Assembly (NCBI RefSeq): GCF_003334405.1
Contig: NZ_QOWM01000016.1
Length of the DNA: 64,000 bases
Direction: 5' to 3' (one strand)
Source of the DNA: Escherichia coli
GTDB taxonomy: Bacteria > Pseudomonadota > Gammaproteobacteria > Enterobacterales > Enterobacteriaceae
Shown here: positions 53,834 to 64,000 of the stretch, piece after piece
Layout: each line of letters opens with the position of its first letter
How positions within the stretch are numbered: position 1 is the first letter of the stretch
Notes under the pieces: generated by a model
The model's database searches: none
What the model was told of the DNA's origin: nothing
Seen by the model: only the letters and a program-made list of their open reading frames with translations
Program-made: the position numbers and the translations under genes

Positions 53834-53917
53834 TGCCGGATGTGGCGTAAACGCCTTATCCAGCCTACCGCCGCGATCTGTAGGCCGGATAAGACGCGTC
53901 AAGCGTCGCATCCGGCA
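53834..53917. repeat. REP/BIME between eptC and yijO
   Basis: TGCCGGATGTGGCGTAAACGCCTTATCCAGCCTAC and GTAGGCCGGATAAGACGCGTCAAGCGTCGCATCCGGCA; spurious ORFs 53768..53962 and 53819..54025 lie inside. Confidence 0.85.
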
Positions 53918-53936
53918 AATAGCGCCTGGCTGATAA

Positions 53937-55670
53937 TTACTGATTACCCACCTGATCGCCATAGGGCAGTGTGTCGTAATCGATCAGTGCGTTTTTCTTA
54001 TACGGGTTACCAATCCAGCGGGTAGTTTCTTTGAACTGCGGATTCACCACTGAACGGGTTGGATCGTAACCGTCGTAAGATAAGCCCGCCAAATCTGACC
54101 AGGTGTGGATCAGTTCCGCCAGGCTGTATTTACGATCAACATCCTGCGAGAAATCACGGGGATGAGTCGCTTGCCATTTTTCTGACGTCCACAGCAGGAA
54201 CGGAATGGTGTACATATGACGCGTCGGGTTGTCCTCATTACGCCCCTGAGTTTTGTGCGGCGGCGTGTCGTAAACCTCTTCACCGTGGTCAGAGAAATAA
54301 ACCAGGAAACCGTTCGGGTTTGCTGCTTTAAAGTCTTTAATCAGGCTGGCAACCACATGATCGTTATACAGGTTAGCGTTGTCATAATCGTTATATGACT
54401 CCAGCTCTTCCGCGTTTAATCCCGGCGGAACATGATCGGTATTGCCATCAAACTTGCCCTGATTTTCCGGGTAGCGGTATTTGTATTTGATATGCGTACC
54501 CAGCAGATGAACAATGATCAGTTTCTTCGGCGCAGGGTCATTCAGCACTTCCTGGAACGGCTTCAGCACGTTGGTGTCGTATTCACGCGCACTCTGCGTA
54601 CGTTGCTGGTTCATGTAGTACTGCTTGTCGGTCTGGCGCGAAAATACCGTCAGCATGGTATTGCGGGCGGTCATCGTCTGCTGGTTGGTGATCCAGAAGG
54701 TTTTATAACCCGCCTGTTTCATCATGTTCATCAGCGACGGCTGCGTCAGATACAGATCCGGGTTCTTTTCATTGGCAAAGGTCAGCGCCTGTTGCAGGAT
54801 TTCAATGGTGTACGGACGAGACGTAACTACGTTATTAAACACGGTCAGATTCGGATCGGTTTTATGCAGCGCATCCAGCTCCGGCGTGGTTTCACGCGGA
54901 TAACCGTACAGACTCATGCGTCCGCGCTGGGTCGACTCGCCAATCACCAGCACTAAAGTGCGCGGTTCGTTACCCGATTCATCTTTGAAATTAGCCAGTG
55001 GCGGCAAGGCATTATTTTCATTCAGTAACTTTGTTAGCGAGTTTAGTTGCTGACGATACTGATAATAGCCGGTCAGGAATTGCCACGGTGCGGCAGGCTC
55101 CATACGCGAGGCCAGGTTATCCAACGTTTTCTCAAACGGCTTGTTTTTGATAAACGTATTCATGGCGATCGGATGCAGAATCAAGCCATAAAGCAGGGCA
55201 AAAGAGACAACATAACGCCACGGCTTTGGAATATAGACCGGGCGCAGGCGTGTCCACAGCAGAACTGCCACCGCCGTATAGGCCAGCGCGATAAGCACAA
55301 TTTTCAGGCTGAAATACTGGCTTAAATACTCGCTGGCTTCGTTGGTGTTGGTTTCGAACATCACAAACAGAACGCTCTGCGAGAACTCCTGACCGTAGAT
55401 GACGTAGTAGCACAGCGCCGCCAGAGAGGCCGCCCATAGCACCACGCCGATTACTGCGGCAATAATTTTAATCCGCTTCGGAAAGAGGAATACCGGGATC
55501 AACCACAGCGAACTGAATAACAGCGAGTCGCGAATGCCGTTAGTGCCACTATAACCACTGATGTAAATAATGGCCTGTAGCAGAGTAGAGAAAAACCAAA
55601 AGTAGAGCAGTGCCCAACCCAGGGCTTTCCAGCTAAAAAGAGGTTTAGCCTGGACTTCTGTGGAATGCAT
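53937..55670 (-). CDS. eptC: phosphoethanolamine transferase (LPS core modification)
   Basis: 577-aa ORF, MHSTEVQAKPLFSWKALGWALLYFWFFSTLLQAIIYISGYSG...; N-terminal TM segments plus sulfatase-like domain. Confidence 0.88.
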   Translation of the reverse strand: MHSTEVQAKPLFSWKALGWALLYFWFFSTLLQAIIYISGYSGTNGIRDSLLFSSLWLIPVFLFPKRIKIIAAVIGVVLWAASLAALCYYVIYGQEFSQSVLFVMFETNTNEASEYLSQYFSLKIVLIALAYTAVAVLLWTRLRPVYIPKPWRYVVSFALLYGLILHPIAMNTFIKNKPFEKTLDNLASRMEPAAPWQFLTGYYQYRQQLNSLTKLLNENNALPPLANFKDESGNEPRTLVLVIGESTQRGRMSLYGYPRETTPELDALHKTDPNLTVFNNVVTSRPYTIEILQQALTFANEKNPDLYLTQPSLMNMMKQAGYKTFWITNQQTMTARNTMLTVFSRQTDKQYYMNQQRTQSAREYDTNVLKPFQEVLNDPAPKKLIIVHLLGTHIKYKYRYPENQGKFDGNTDHVPPGLNAEELESYNDYDNANLYNDHVVASLIKDFKAANPNGFLVYFSDHGEEVYDTPPHKTQGRNEDNPTRHMYTIPFLLWTSEKWQATHPRDFSQDVDRKYSLAELIHTWSDLAGLSYDGYDPTRSVVNPQFKETTRWIGNPYKKNALIDYDTLPYGDQVGNQ

Positions 55671-55805
55671 AGTAAGAACCTGTCTTGAAAAAATATCGCC
55701 GAATGTAACGACAATTCCTTAAGGATATCTGAAGGTATATTCAGAATTTGAATAAAATGCAGACAGAAATATATTGAAAACGAGGGTGTTAGAACAGAAG
55801 TATTT

Positions 55806-55836
55806 CAGAAAACCCTCGCGCAAAAGCACGAGGGTT
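55806..55836 (-). terminator. Intrinsic terminator downstream of ppc
   Basis: Minus-strand hairpin CCCTCG-TGCTTTTGCG-CGAGGG followed by TTTTCT, 16 bp past the ppc stop. Confidence 0.7.
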
Positions 55837-55851
55837 TGCAGAAGAGGAAGA

Positions 55852-58503
55852 TTAGCCGGTATTACGCATACCTGCCGCAATCCCGGCAATAGTGACCATT
55901 AACGCTTGTTCGACGCGAGGATCCGGTTCCTGGCCTTCTTTTTCTGCCTGGCGGGAGCGGTGCAGCAACTCGGCCTGCAATACGTTCAGCGGGTCGGTGT
56001 AAATATTCCGTAGCTGAATAGACTCTGCAATCCACGGCAGATCGGCCATCAGATGGGAATCGTTGGCAATCGCCAGCACCACTTTGATGTCTTCTTCTTG
56101 CAGGTTGCGTAACTCTTTACCTAACGGCCACAGTGCTTTGTCTACCAGGCGTTGGTCATAGTATTCCGCCAGCCACAGGTCTGCTTTGGCGAAGACCATC
56201 TCCAGCATGCCGAGACGCGTCGAGAAGAATGGCCAATCGCGGCACATAGCCTCCAGCTCGCTCTGTTTGCCGTCTTCGACCACTTTTTGCAGCGCCGTAC
56301 CTGCACCCAGCCAGGCGGGGAGCATCAGACGGTTTTGCGTCCAGGCGAAGATCCACGGAATGGCGCGTAGTGACTCGACGCCGCCGGTTGGGCGACGTTT
56401 CGCCGGACGTGAACCCAACGGCAGTTTGCCCAGTTCTTGTTCCGGCGTAGCGGAGCGGAAGTAAGGCACAAAATCTTTGTTTTCACGTACGTAGCCGCGG
56501 TAGACATCGCAGGAGATGACTGACAGTTCATCCATAATGCGACGCCAGCTCTCTTTCGGCTCCGGCGGTGGCAGCAGGTTGGCTTCCAGAATCGCCCCGG
56601 TATAAAGCGACAGGCTGCTGACGGTGATTTCTGGCAGACCATATTTAAAGCGGATCATCTCGCCCTGTTCGGTTACGCGCAGGCCGCCTTTCAGGCTTCC
56701 TGGCGGTTGTGACAGCAGCGCCGCATGAGCAGGTGCGCCGCCGCGACCAATGGAACCGCCGCGACCGTGGAACAACGTCAGCTCAATACCCGCTTTTTCG
56801 CAGGTTTTGATTAATGCATCCTGTGCCTGATATTGCGCCCAGGAAGCTGCCATCACTCCCGCATCTTTTGCTGAGTCGGAATAGCCAATCATCACCATCT
56901 GTTTGCCCTGAATCAGGCCACGATACCAGTCAATATTGAGCAGCTGGGTCATGACATCGTTGGCGTTGTTCAGATCATCGAGGGTTTCAAACAGCGGAGC
57001 AACCGGCATCGCAAACCCGATACCCGCTTCTTTCAGCAGCAGGTGGACAGCCAGTACGTCGGACGGCGTTTTCGCCATCGAGATCACGTAGGCGGCAATG
57101 GAGCCTTGCGGTGCTTCGGCAATCACCTGGCAGGTATCGAGCACTTCGCGCGTTTCGGCGCTTGGTTGCCAGTTGCGCGGCAGAAGCGGACGTTTGGAGT
57201 TCAGTTCGCGGATCAGGAACGCCTGTTTGTCGGCCTCTGACCAGCTTTCGTAGTCGCCGATACCGAGGTAGCGGGTCAGCTCGCCCAGCGCTTCGGTATG
57301 ACGCGTGCTCTCCTGACGGATATCAATACGGACCAGCGGTACGCCGAAACATTTCACGCGGCGCAGGGTGTCGAGCAGATCGCCGTTGGCGATAATACCC
57401 ATGCCACACGCCTGAAGTGACTGGTAGCAAGCGTAGAGCGGTTCCCACAGTTCTTCGTTTTGTGTCAGCAGGCCTTCTGGTTTTGGCAGTTCTTCGCCTT
57501 TCAGGCGCGCTTCCAGCCATGCCTGTGTCGCCATCAGGCGAGAACGCAGGTTTTTCATCAGATAGCGATACGGTTCTGCGGCACCTTCTTCGCCAACCAG
57601 CGCCAGCAGTTCAGGGGTCGCTTCAACCATCGACAGTTCAGAAACCAGCACCTGAATATCTTTCAGGAACAAATCGGTGGCTTTCCAGCGGCTGAGTAGC
57701 AGGACGTGGCGGGTGATATCGGCAGTGACGTTCGGGTTGCCGTCGCGGTCGCCGCCCATCCACGAAGTAAAACGGACCGGAACAAATTCGACGGGCAGTT
57801 TGTAGCCGAGGTTCTCTTCCAGTTGTTCGTTCAGTTCGCGCAGGTAATTTGGTACGCCTTGCCACAGGCTGTTTTCCACTACGGCAAAGCCCCATTTGGC
57901 TTCATCTACCGGGCTTGGACGCAGCTTACGGATTTCATCGGTATGCCATGACTGGGCGATCAACTGGCGCAGGCGACGCATCAGCTGGTTGTGTTCGTAG
58001 TCAGCGATATCTTTGTTATCGAGCTGTTTTAAACAGGCGTTCACTTCCACCATTTTGTGGATCAGTGTACGACGGGTAATTTCGGTTGGGTGAGCCGTGA
58101 GGACCAGTTCCAGCGACAGCGATTCCACTGCTTTTTTGATGGTGTCTTCGCTCAGTTCCGGCTGGTTTTTCAGTTTACGCAGGGTGCGGGCGATCACTTC
58201 CGGGTTGCTGGCAGCTTCGCCTTTCGGCGAAATGCTGTGGTATTGCTCGGCGGTGTTGGCCAGGTTCAGGAACTGACTAAACGCACGCGCAACGGGCAGC
58301 AGCTCGTCGTTCGACAAATTTTGTAAGGTGGTGAGCAACTCCTGGCGGTTAGCATCATTGCCAGCGCGTGAAGATTTCGACAACTTACGGATAGTTTCTA
58401 CGCGTTCAAGAATGTGTTCTCCCAACGCATCCTTGATGGTTTCTCCCAGCACTTTGCCGAGCATACTGACATTACTACGCAATGCGGAATATTGTTCGTT
58501 CAT
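55852..58503 (-). CDS. ppc: phosphoenolpyruvate carboxylase
   Basis: 883-aa [44 protein letters not shown]..., ending in the conserved C-terminal ...MRNTG. Confidence 0.96.
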   Translation of the reverse strand: MNEQYSALRSNVSMLGKVLGETIKDALGEHILERVETIRKLSKSSRAGNDANRQELLTTLQNLSNDELLPVARAFSQFLNLANTAEQYHSISPKGEAASNPEVIARTLRKLKNQPELSEDTIKKAVESLSLELVLTAHPTEITRRTLIHKMVEVNACLKQLDNKDIADYEHNQLMRRLRQLIAQSWHTDEIRKLRPSPVDEAKWGFAVVENSLWQGVPNYLRELNEQLEENLGYKLPVEFVPVRFTSWMGGDRDGNPNVTADITRHVLLLSRWKATDLFLKDIQVLVSELSMVEATPELLALVGEEGAAEPYRYLMKNLRSRLMATQAWLEARLKGEELPKPEGLLTQNEELWEPLYACYQSLQACGMGIIANGDLLDTLRRVKCFGVPLVRIDIRQESTRHTEALGELTRYLGIGDYESWSEADKQAFLIRELNSKRPLLPRNWQPSAETREVLDTCQVIAEAPQGSIAAYVISMAKTPSDVLAVHLLLKEAGIGFAMPVAPLFETLDDLNNANDVMTQLLNIDWYRGLIQGKQMVMIGYSDSAKDAGVMAASWAQYQAQDALIKTCEKAGIELTLFHGRGGSIGRGGAPAHAALLSQPPGSLKGGLRVTEQGEMIRFKYGLPEITVSSLSLYTGAILEANLLPPPEPKESWRRIMDELSVISCDVYRGYVRENKDFVPYFRSATPEQELGKLPLGSRPAKRRPTGGVESLRAIPWIFAWTQNRLMLPAWLGAGTALQKVVEDGKQSELEAMCRDWPFFSTRLGMLEMVFAKADLWLAEYYDQRLVDKALWPLGKELRNLQEEDIKVVLAIANDSHLMADLPWIAESIQLRNIYTDPLNVLQAELLHRSRQAEKEGQEPDPRVEQALMVTIAGIAAGMRNTG

Positions 58504-58751
58504 ATTACCCCAGACACCCCATCTTATCGTTTGATAGCCCTGTATCCTTCACGTCGCATTGGCGCGAATATGCTCGGGCTTTGCTTTTCGTCGTCTTTTA
58601 TAAAGCCACGTAAAAGCGGTGACGTCAAATGCTGCGAAATCGCTTCAGCAAACGAATAAATAGCAGGAATTTACGTCATTAAATTCACGACGCTTTAAAT
58701 AAGCGTAACTTATGGAAATGTTAAAAAATCGCCCCAAGTAACACCAAAGGT

Positions 58752-59100
58752 GTAGGTCGGATAAGATGCGCAAGTATCGCATCCGACATTATTGCGGCAC
58801 TGGAGTTTGGCAACAGTGCCGGATGCGGCGCGAGCGCCTTATCCGGCCTACAGTTGGGCATCGTTTGAGTCACTGTAGGTCGGATAAGATGCGCAAGTAT
58901 CGCATCCGACATTATTGCGGCACTGGAGTTTGGCAACAGTGCCGGATGCGGCGCGAGCGCCTTATCCGGCCTACAGTTGGGCATCGTTTGAGTCACTGTA
59001 GGTCGGATAAGATGCGCAAGTATCGCATCCGACATTATTGCGGCACTGGAGTTTGGCAACAGCGCCGGATGCGGCGCGAGCGCCTTATCCGGCCTACGTT
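58752..59100. repeat. Three-copy tandem BIME (123-bp unit, each with two REP palindromes plus a linker hairpin) between ppc promoter region and argE 3' end
   Basis: Unit starts at 58752, 58875 and 58998 (period exactly 123 bp); copies identical except one substitution in copy 3 (C at 59063 versus T) and truncation of the last linker; produces the artefactual ORFs 58721..59113 and 58766..59104. Confidence 0.9.
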
Positions 59101-60252
59101 TTAATGCCAGCAAAAATGGTGAATTACCTGGGTTATCAGTTCGCGGGTGGGCTTGATAAACCGTGTTTCCAGATATTCATCAGGTTGATGAGCCTGATTA
59201 ATTGAGCCAGGCCCCAACACCAGCGTCGGGCATAACGTTTGAATAAACGGCGCTTCGGTACAGTAGTTCACCACTTCGGTTTTTGCTCCGAGCAATTTCT
59301 CAACCACTTCAACCAGTTGATGATTCGGTGGGCATTCATAGCCAGGGATCGGCGGATGCAGCTCGTCGACCGTCAGACGACCCGGCCAGCGTTCGCTCAC
59401 CGGAGCCAATGCATCGTTGAGCAAACCATTAAGTTCATTGAGTGTCATGCCAGGCAGCGGACGAATATCCATATGCAACTCACAGCAAGCGCAAATACGG
59501 TTAGAAGCGTCGCCACCGTGAATATGCCCGAGGTTGAGCGTAGGGTATGGCACGGTAAACGCTTCGTAGTGATAACGTTCTTTCAGGTTATCGCGCAATT
59601 GCAAAATATGCCCGATGGCGTCGTGCATTAGTTCGATAGCGTTAACTCCGCGTGCTGGATCGCTGGAGTGCCCCGACTGGCCCTGAATACGGATGGCGTT
59701 AGAGATATGACCTTTATGTGCGCGTACCGGTTGTAGTGACGTCGGTTCGCCAATGATGGCGCAATCCGGGCGCAGGGCGGTAGTTTCGGCAAAATAACGC
59801 GCTCCGGCCATACTGGTTTCTTCATCAGCAGTCGCCAGAATGTAGAGCGGTTTTTTCAGTTTCGTGACGTCGACATCGCGTAGCGCATCAAGGATAAACG
59901 CAAAAAAGCCTTTCATGTCGGCGGTGCCTAAGCCGTAAAGCTTGCCGTCATGCTCCGTCAGTGTAAACGGATCGCGCGTCCAGCGACCGTCATCAAATGG
60001 CACCGTATCGGTATGCCCCGCCAGCAACAAGCCGCCAGCCCCCTGTCCGATACTTGCCAGCATATTGAATTTGTTGCGAGTTCCTGGAACAGGCTGCACT
60101 TCCACATTGAAGCCCAAATCTTTAAACCAGTCCGCCAGCAGAGTGATTAAATCTGCATTGCTTTGATCGAGTGCCTCTTCCGTGGCGCTTATTGAAGGTG
60201 TGGCAATCAGAGCGCGGTAAATCTCGATAAATGGCGGTAATTTGTTTTTCAT
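59101..60252 (-). CDS. argE: acetylornithine deacetylase
   Basis: Track ORF 59101..60291 trimmed to [35 protein letters not shown] (383 aa); M20 peptidase family. Confidence 0.93.
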
Positions 60253-60278
60253 TGTTGACACACCTCTGGTCATGATAG

Positions 60279-60318
60279 TATCAATATTCATGCAGTATTT
60301 ATGAATAAAAATACACTA
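60279..60318. promoter_or_regulatory. Tandem ARG boxes (ArgR operator) in the divergent argE / argCBH control region
   Basis: ATCAATATTCATGCAGTA and TTTATGAATAAAAATACA resemble the ARG box consensus TnTGAATwwwwATTCAnw; region between divergent argE and argC. Confidence 0.7.
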
Positions 60319-60405
60319 ACGTTGAGCGTAATAAAACCCACCAGCCGTAAGGTGAATGTTTTACGTTTAACCTGGCAACCAGACATAAGAAGGTGAATAG
60401 CCCCG

Positions 60406-61410
60406 ATGTTGAATACGCTGATTGTGGGTGCCAGCGGCTACGCTGGCGCAGAGCTAGTGACCTATGTAAATCGCCATCCGCATATGAACATAACCGCTTT
60501 GACTGTTTCAGCGCAAAGCAATGATGCGGGAAAGTTAATCTCCGATTTGCATCCGCAGCTAAAAGGCATCGTTGATCTGCCGTTGCAGCCGATGTCGGAT
60601 ATCAGCGAGTTTAGCCCAGGGGTGGACGTAGTGTTTCTCGCCACCGCCCATGAAGTTAGCCACGATTTAGCGCCGCAGTTTCTTGAAGCGGGCTGCGTGG
60701 TGTTCGACCTTTCCGGCGCGTTTCGTGTTAACGACGCCACCTTCTATGAAAAATATTACGGCTTTACCCATCAATACCCGGAACTGTTGGAACAGGCAGC
60801 CTACGGTCTGGCGGAGTGGTGCGGTAATAAATTAAAAGAAGCGAATTTGATTGCGGTGCCGGGCTGTTATCCGACGGCGGCACAGCTGGCGCTGAAACCG
60901 TTGATTGATGCCGATCTTCTTGACCTCAATCAGTGGCCGGTGATCAACGCCACCAGCGGCGTGAGCGGTGCAGGGCGTAAAGCGGCCATTTCAAACAGCT
61001 TTTGTGAAGTTAGCCTGCAACCGTATGGCGTCTTTACTCATCGCCATCAACCAGAGATCGCCACACACCTCGGTGCTGACGTTATCTTCACCCCACATCT
61101 GGGCAATTTCCCGCGCGGCATTCTCGAAACCATTACCTGCCGCCTGAAATCGGGTGTGACCCAGGCGCAAGTCGCGCAAGTGTTACAGCAGGCGTATGCC
61201 CATAAACCGCTGGTGCGGCTGTATGACAAAGGCGTTCCGGCGCTGAAAAATGTCGTTGGGCTGCCATTTTGCGATATCGGGTTTGCCGTTCAGGGCGAGC
61301 ATCTGATTATTGTGGCGACCGAAGACAACTTACTGAAAGGCGCGGCGGCACAAGCGGTACAGTGCGCCAATATTCGTTTCGGCTATGCGGAAACGCAGTC
61401 TCTTATTTAA
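60406..61410 (+). CDS. argC: N-acetyl-gamma-glutamyl-phosphate reductase
   Basis: 334-aa [45 protein letters not shown]... Confidence 0.95.
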
Positions 61411-61417
61411 GGGTGCA

Positions 61418-62194
61418 ATGATGAATCCATTAATTATCAAACTGGGCGGCGTACTGCTGGATAGTGAAGAGGCGCTGGAACGTCTGTTTAGCGCACTGGT
61501 GAATTATCGTGAGTCACATCAGCGTCCGCTGGTGATTGTGCACGGCGGCGGTTGCGTGGTGGATGAGCTGATGAAAGGGCTGAATCTGCCGGTGAAAAAG
61601 AAAAACGGCCTGCGGGTGACGCCTGCTGATCAGATAGACATTATCACCGGAGCACTGGCGGGAACGGCAAATAAAACCCTGTTGGCATGGGCGAAGAAAC
61701 ATCAGATTGCGGCCGTAGGTTTGTTTCTCGGTGACGGCGACAGCGTCAAAGTGACCCAGCTTGATGAAGAGTTAGGTCATGTTGGACTGGCGCAGCCAGG
61801 TTCGCCTAAGCTTATCAACTCCTTGCTGGAGAACGGTTATCTGCCGGTGGTCAGCTCCATTGGCGTAACAGACGAAGGGCAACTGATGAACGTCAATGCC
61901 GACCAGGCGGCAACGGCGCTGGCGGCAACGCTGGGCGCGGATCTGATTTTGCTCTCCGACGTCAGCGGCATTCTCGACGGCAAAGGGCAACGCATTGCCG
62001 AAATGACCGCCGCGAAAGCAGAACAACTGATTGAGCAGGGCATTATTACTGACGGCATGATAGTGAAAGTGAACGCGGCGCTGGATGCGGCCCGCACGCT
62101 GGGCCGTCCGGTAGATATCGCCTCCTGGCGTCATGCGGAGCAGCTTCCGGCACTGTTTAACGGTATGCCGATGGGTACGCGGATTTTAGCTTAA
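61418..62194 (+). CDS. argB: acetylglutamate kinase
   Basis: Track ORF 61385..62194 trimmed to [34 protein letters not shown] (258 aa). Confidence 0.93.
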
Positions 62195-62254
62195 GTTTTG
62201 TTGGCCGGAGGCGCAGCTTTCCGGCATTGAATTTCAAAATAAGGAAACAGAGTT

Positions 62255-63628
62255 ATGGCACTTTGGGGCGGGCGTTTTACCCAGGCAGCAGATCAACGGT
62301 TCAAACAATTCAACGACTCACTGCGCTTTGATTACCGTCTGGCGGAGCAGGATATTGTTGGCTCTGTGGCCTGGTCCAAAGCCCTGGTCACGGTAGGCGT
62401 GTTAACCGCAGAAGAGCAGGCGCAACTGGAAGAGGCGCTGAACGTGTTGCTGGAAGATGTTCGCGCCAGGCCACAACAAATCCTTGAAAGCGACGCCGAA
62501 GATATCCATAGCTGGGTGGAAGGCAAACTGATCGACAAAGTGGGCCAGTTAGGCAAAAAGCTGCATACCGGGCGTAGCCGTAATGATCAGGTAGCGACTG
62601 ACCTGAAACTGTGGTGCAAAGATACCGTTAGCGAGTTACTGACGGCTAACCGGCAGCTGCAATCGGCGCTGGTGGAAACCGCACAAAACAATCAGGACGC
62701 GGTAATGCCAGGTTACACTCACCTGCAACGCGCCCAGCCGGTGACGTTCGCGCACTGGTGCCTGGCCTATGTTGAGATGCTGGCGCGTGATGAAAGCCGT
62801 TTGCAGGATGCGCTTAAGCGTCTGGATGTCAGCCCGCTAGGCTGTGGCGCGCTGGCGGGAACGGCCTATGAAATCGACCGTGAACAGTTAGCAGGCTGGC
62901 TGGGCTTTGCTTCGGCGACCCGTAACAGTCTCGACAGCGTTTCTGACCGTGACCATGTGTTGGAACTGCTTTCTGCTGCCGCTATCGGCATGGTGCATCT
63001 GTCGCGTTTTGCTGAAGATCTGATTTTCTTTAACACCGGCGAAGCGGGGTTTGTGGAGCTTTCTGACCGCGTGACTTCCGGTTCATCATTAATGCCGCAG
63101 AAGAAAAACCCGGATGCGCTGGAGCTGATTCGCGGTAAATGCGGCCGGGTGCAGGGGGCGTTAACCGGCATGATGATGACGCTGAAAGGTTTGCCGCTGG
63201 CTTACAACAAAGATATGCAGGAAGACAAAGAAGGTCTGTTCGACGCGCTCGATACCTGGCTGGACTGCCTGCATATGGCGGCGCTGGTGCTGGACGGCAT
63301 TCAGGTGAAACGTCCACGTTGCCAGGAAGCGGCTCAGCAGGGTTACGCCAACGCCACCGAACTGGCGGATTATCTGGTGGCGAAAGGCGTACCGTTCCGC
63401 GAGGCGCACCATATTGTTGGTGAAGCGGTGGTGGAAGCCATTCGTCAGGGCAAACCGCTGGAAGATCTGCCGCTCAGTGAGTTGCAGAAATTCAGTCAGG
63501 TGATTGACGAAGATGTCTATCCGATTCTGTCGCTGCAATCGTGCCTCGACAAGCGTGCGGCAAAAGGCGGCGTCTCACCGCAGCAGGTGGCGCAGGCGAT
63601 TGCTTTTGCGCAGGCTCGGTTAGGGTAA
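62255..63628 (+). CDS. argH: argininosuccinate lyase
   Basis: 457-aa [47 protein letters not shown]... Confidence 0.95.
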
Positions 63629-63651
63629 GAACATTTATATGTATAAATTTG

Positions 63652-63679
63652 AGCCTGGCTTATCGCCGGGCTTTTTTAT
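63652..63679 (+). terminator. Intrinsic terminator downstream of argH
   Basis: Hairpin AGCCTGGC-TTATC-GCCGGGCT (one G-U pair) followed by TTTTTTA. Confidence 0.65.
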
Positions 63680-63683
63680 GGCA

Positions 63684-63799
63684 AAAAAAAGCGGATCCTG
63701 GAGATCCGCAAAAGTTCACGTTGGCTTTAGTTATTCGAGTTGAGAAACTCTCGAAACGGGCAGTGACTTCAAGGGTTAAAAGAGGTGCCGCTCCGTTTC
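63684..63799 (-). ncRNA. oxyS: OxyS oxidative-stress small RNA
   Basis: The minus strand reads GAAACGGAGCGGCACCTCTTTTAACCCTTGAAGTCACTGCCCGTTTCGAGAGTTTCTCAACTCGAATAACTAAAGCCAACGTGAACTTTTGCGGATCTCCAGGATCCGCTTTTTTTT, matching the OxyS sequence as I recall it, including the terminal hairpin GCGGATCTCCAGGATCCGC plus U-tract; divergent from oxyR. The 3' end is approximate. Confidence 0.85.
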
Positions 63800-63894
63800 T
63801 GTGAGCAATTATCAGTCAGAATGCTTGATAGGGATAATCGTTCATTGCTATTCTACCTATCGCCATGAACTATCGTGGCGATGGAGGATGGATA
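63800..63894. promoter_or_regulatory. Divergent oxyS / oxyR promoter region (OxyR autoregulatory site expected)
   Basis: 95-bp region between the oxyS 5' end and the oxyR ATG; known architecture of this locus. Individual OxyR tetrads not delimited. Confidence 0.5.
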
Positions 63895-64000
63895 ATGAAT
63901 ATTCGTGATCTTGAGTACCTGGTGGCATTGGCTGAACACCGCCATTTTCGGCGTGCGGCAGATTCCTGCCACGTTAGCCAGCCGACGCTTAGCGGGCAAA
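63895..64000 (+). CDS. oxyR: LysR-family oxidative-stress regulator OxyR (5' partial; continues beyond the window)
   Basis: ATG at 63895 opens [35 protein letters not shown], the OxyR N-terminal HTH; not in the ORF track because no stop falls inside the window. Confidence 0.85.
   Translation, partial: MNIRDLEYLVALAEHRHFRRAADSCHVSQPTLSGQ

Noticed and set aside
58752-59100. Possible CRISPR array (regularly spaced repeats)
   Set aside because: The repeat unit is 123 bp with no unique spacers between copies (the copies are near-identical throughout), the repeats are REP palindromes, and no cas genes are nearby. This is a BIME, not a CRISPR.
58721-59113. 130-aa and 112-aa ORFs with internally repeated peptide sequence on both strands
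   Set aside because: They are translations of the three-copy 123-bp BIME tandem repeat; the repeated amino-acid blocks simply mirror the DNA repeats, there is no RBS context, and the region is intergenic between ppc and argE.

Overview
This window reads, gene for gene, as the well-studied Escherichia coli K-12-type chromosomal segment from rhaA to the 5' end of oxyR. Order: rhaA-rhaB / rhaS-rhaR / rhaT, sodA, kdgT, yiiM, cpxA-cpxR / cpxP, fieF, pfkA, sbp, cdh, tpiA, yiiQ, yiiR, yiiS, uspD, fpr, glpX-glpK-glpF, zapB, rraA-menA, hslU-hslV, ftsN, cytR, priA, rpmE, yiiX, metJ / metB-metL, metF, katG, yijE, yijF, gldA-fsaB-ptsA / frwC-frwB-pflD-pflC-frwD, yijO, eptC, ppc, argE / argC-argB-argH, oxyS, oxyR. 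Identification is by recognising the translated ORFs from memory; no database search or folding was run. All 57 protein-coding genes have lengths matching the known proteins, so I see no frameshifts or pseudogenes. I find no tRNA, rRNA, CRISPR array, IS element, integrase or prophage remnant, and no block of unrecognised ORFs that would mark an accessory island. Intergenic space is filled by REP/BIME clusters, intrinsic terminators, two small RNAs (oxyS, and CpxQ in the cpxP 3' UTR) and recognisable operator motifs. I therefore do not find support for a previously undescribed multi-gene system here. The most interesting points are the cryptic frw PTS / pflDC glycyl-radical-enzyme locus, where PflD carries a single-Cys GCVE loop rather than the Cys-Cys pair I recall for pyruvate formate-lyase, a few unexplained palindromes near katG, several overlapping or abutting convergent gene ends, and a three-copy tandem BIME.
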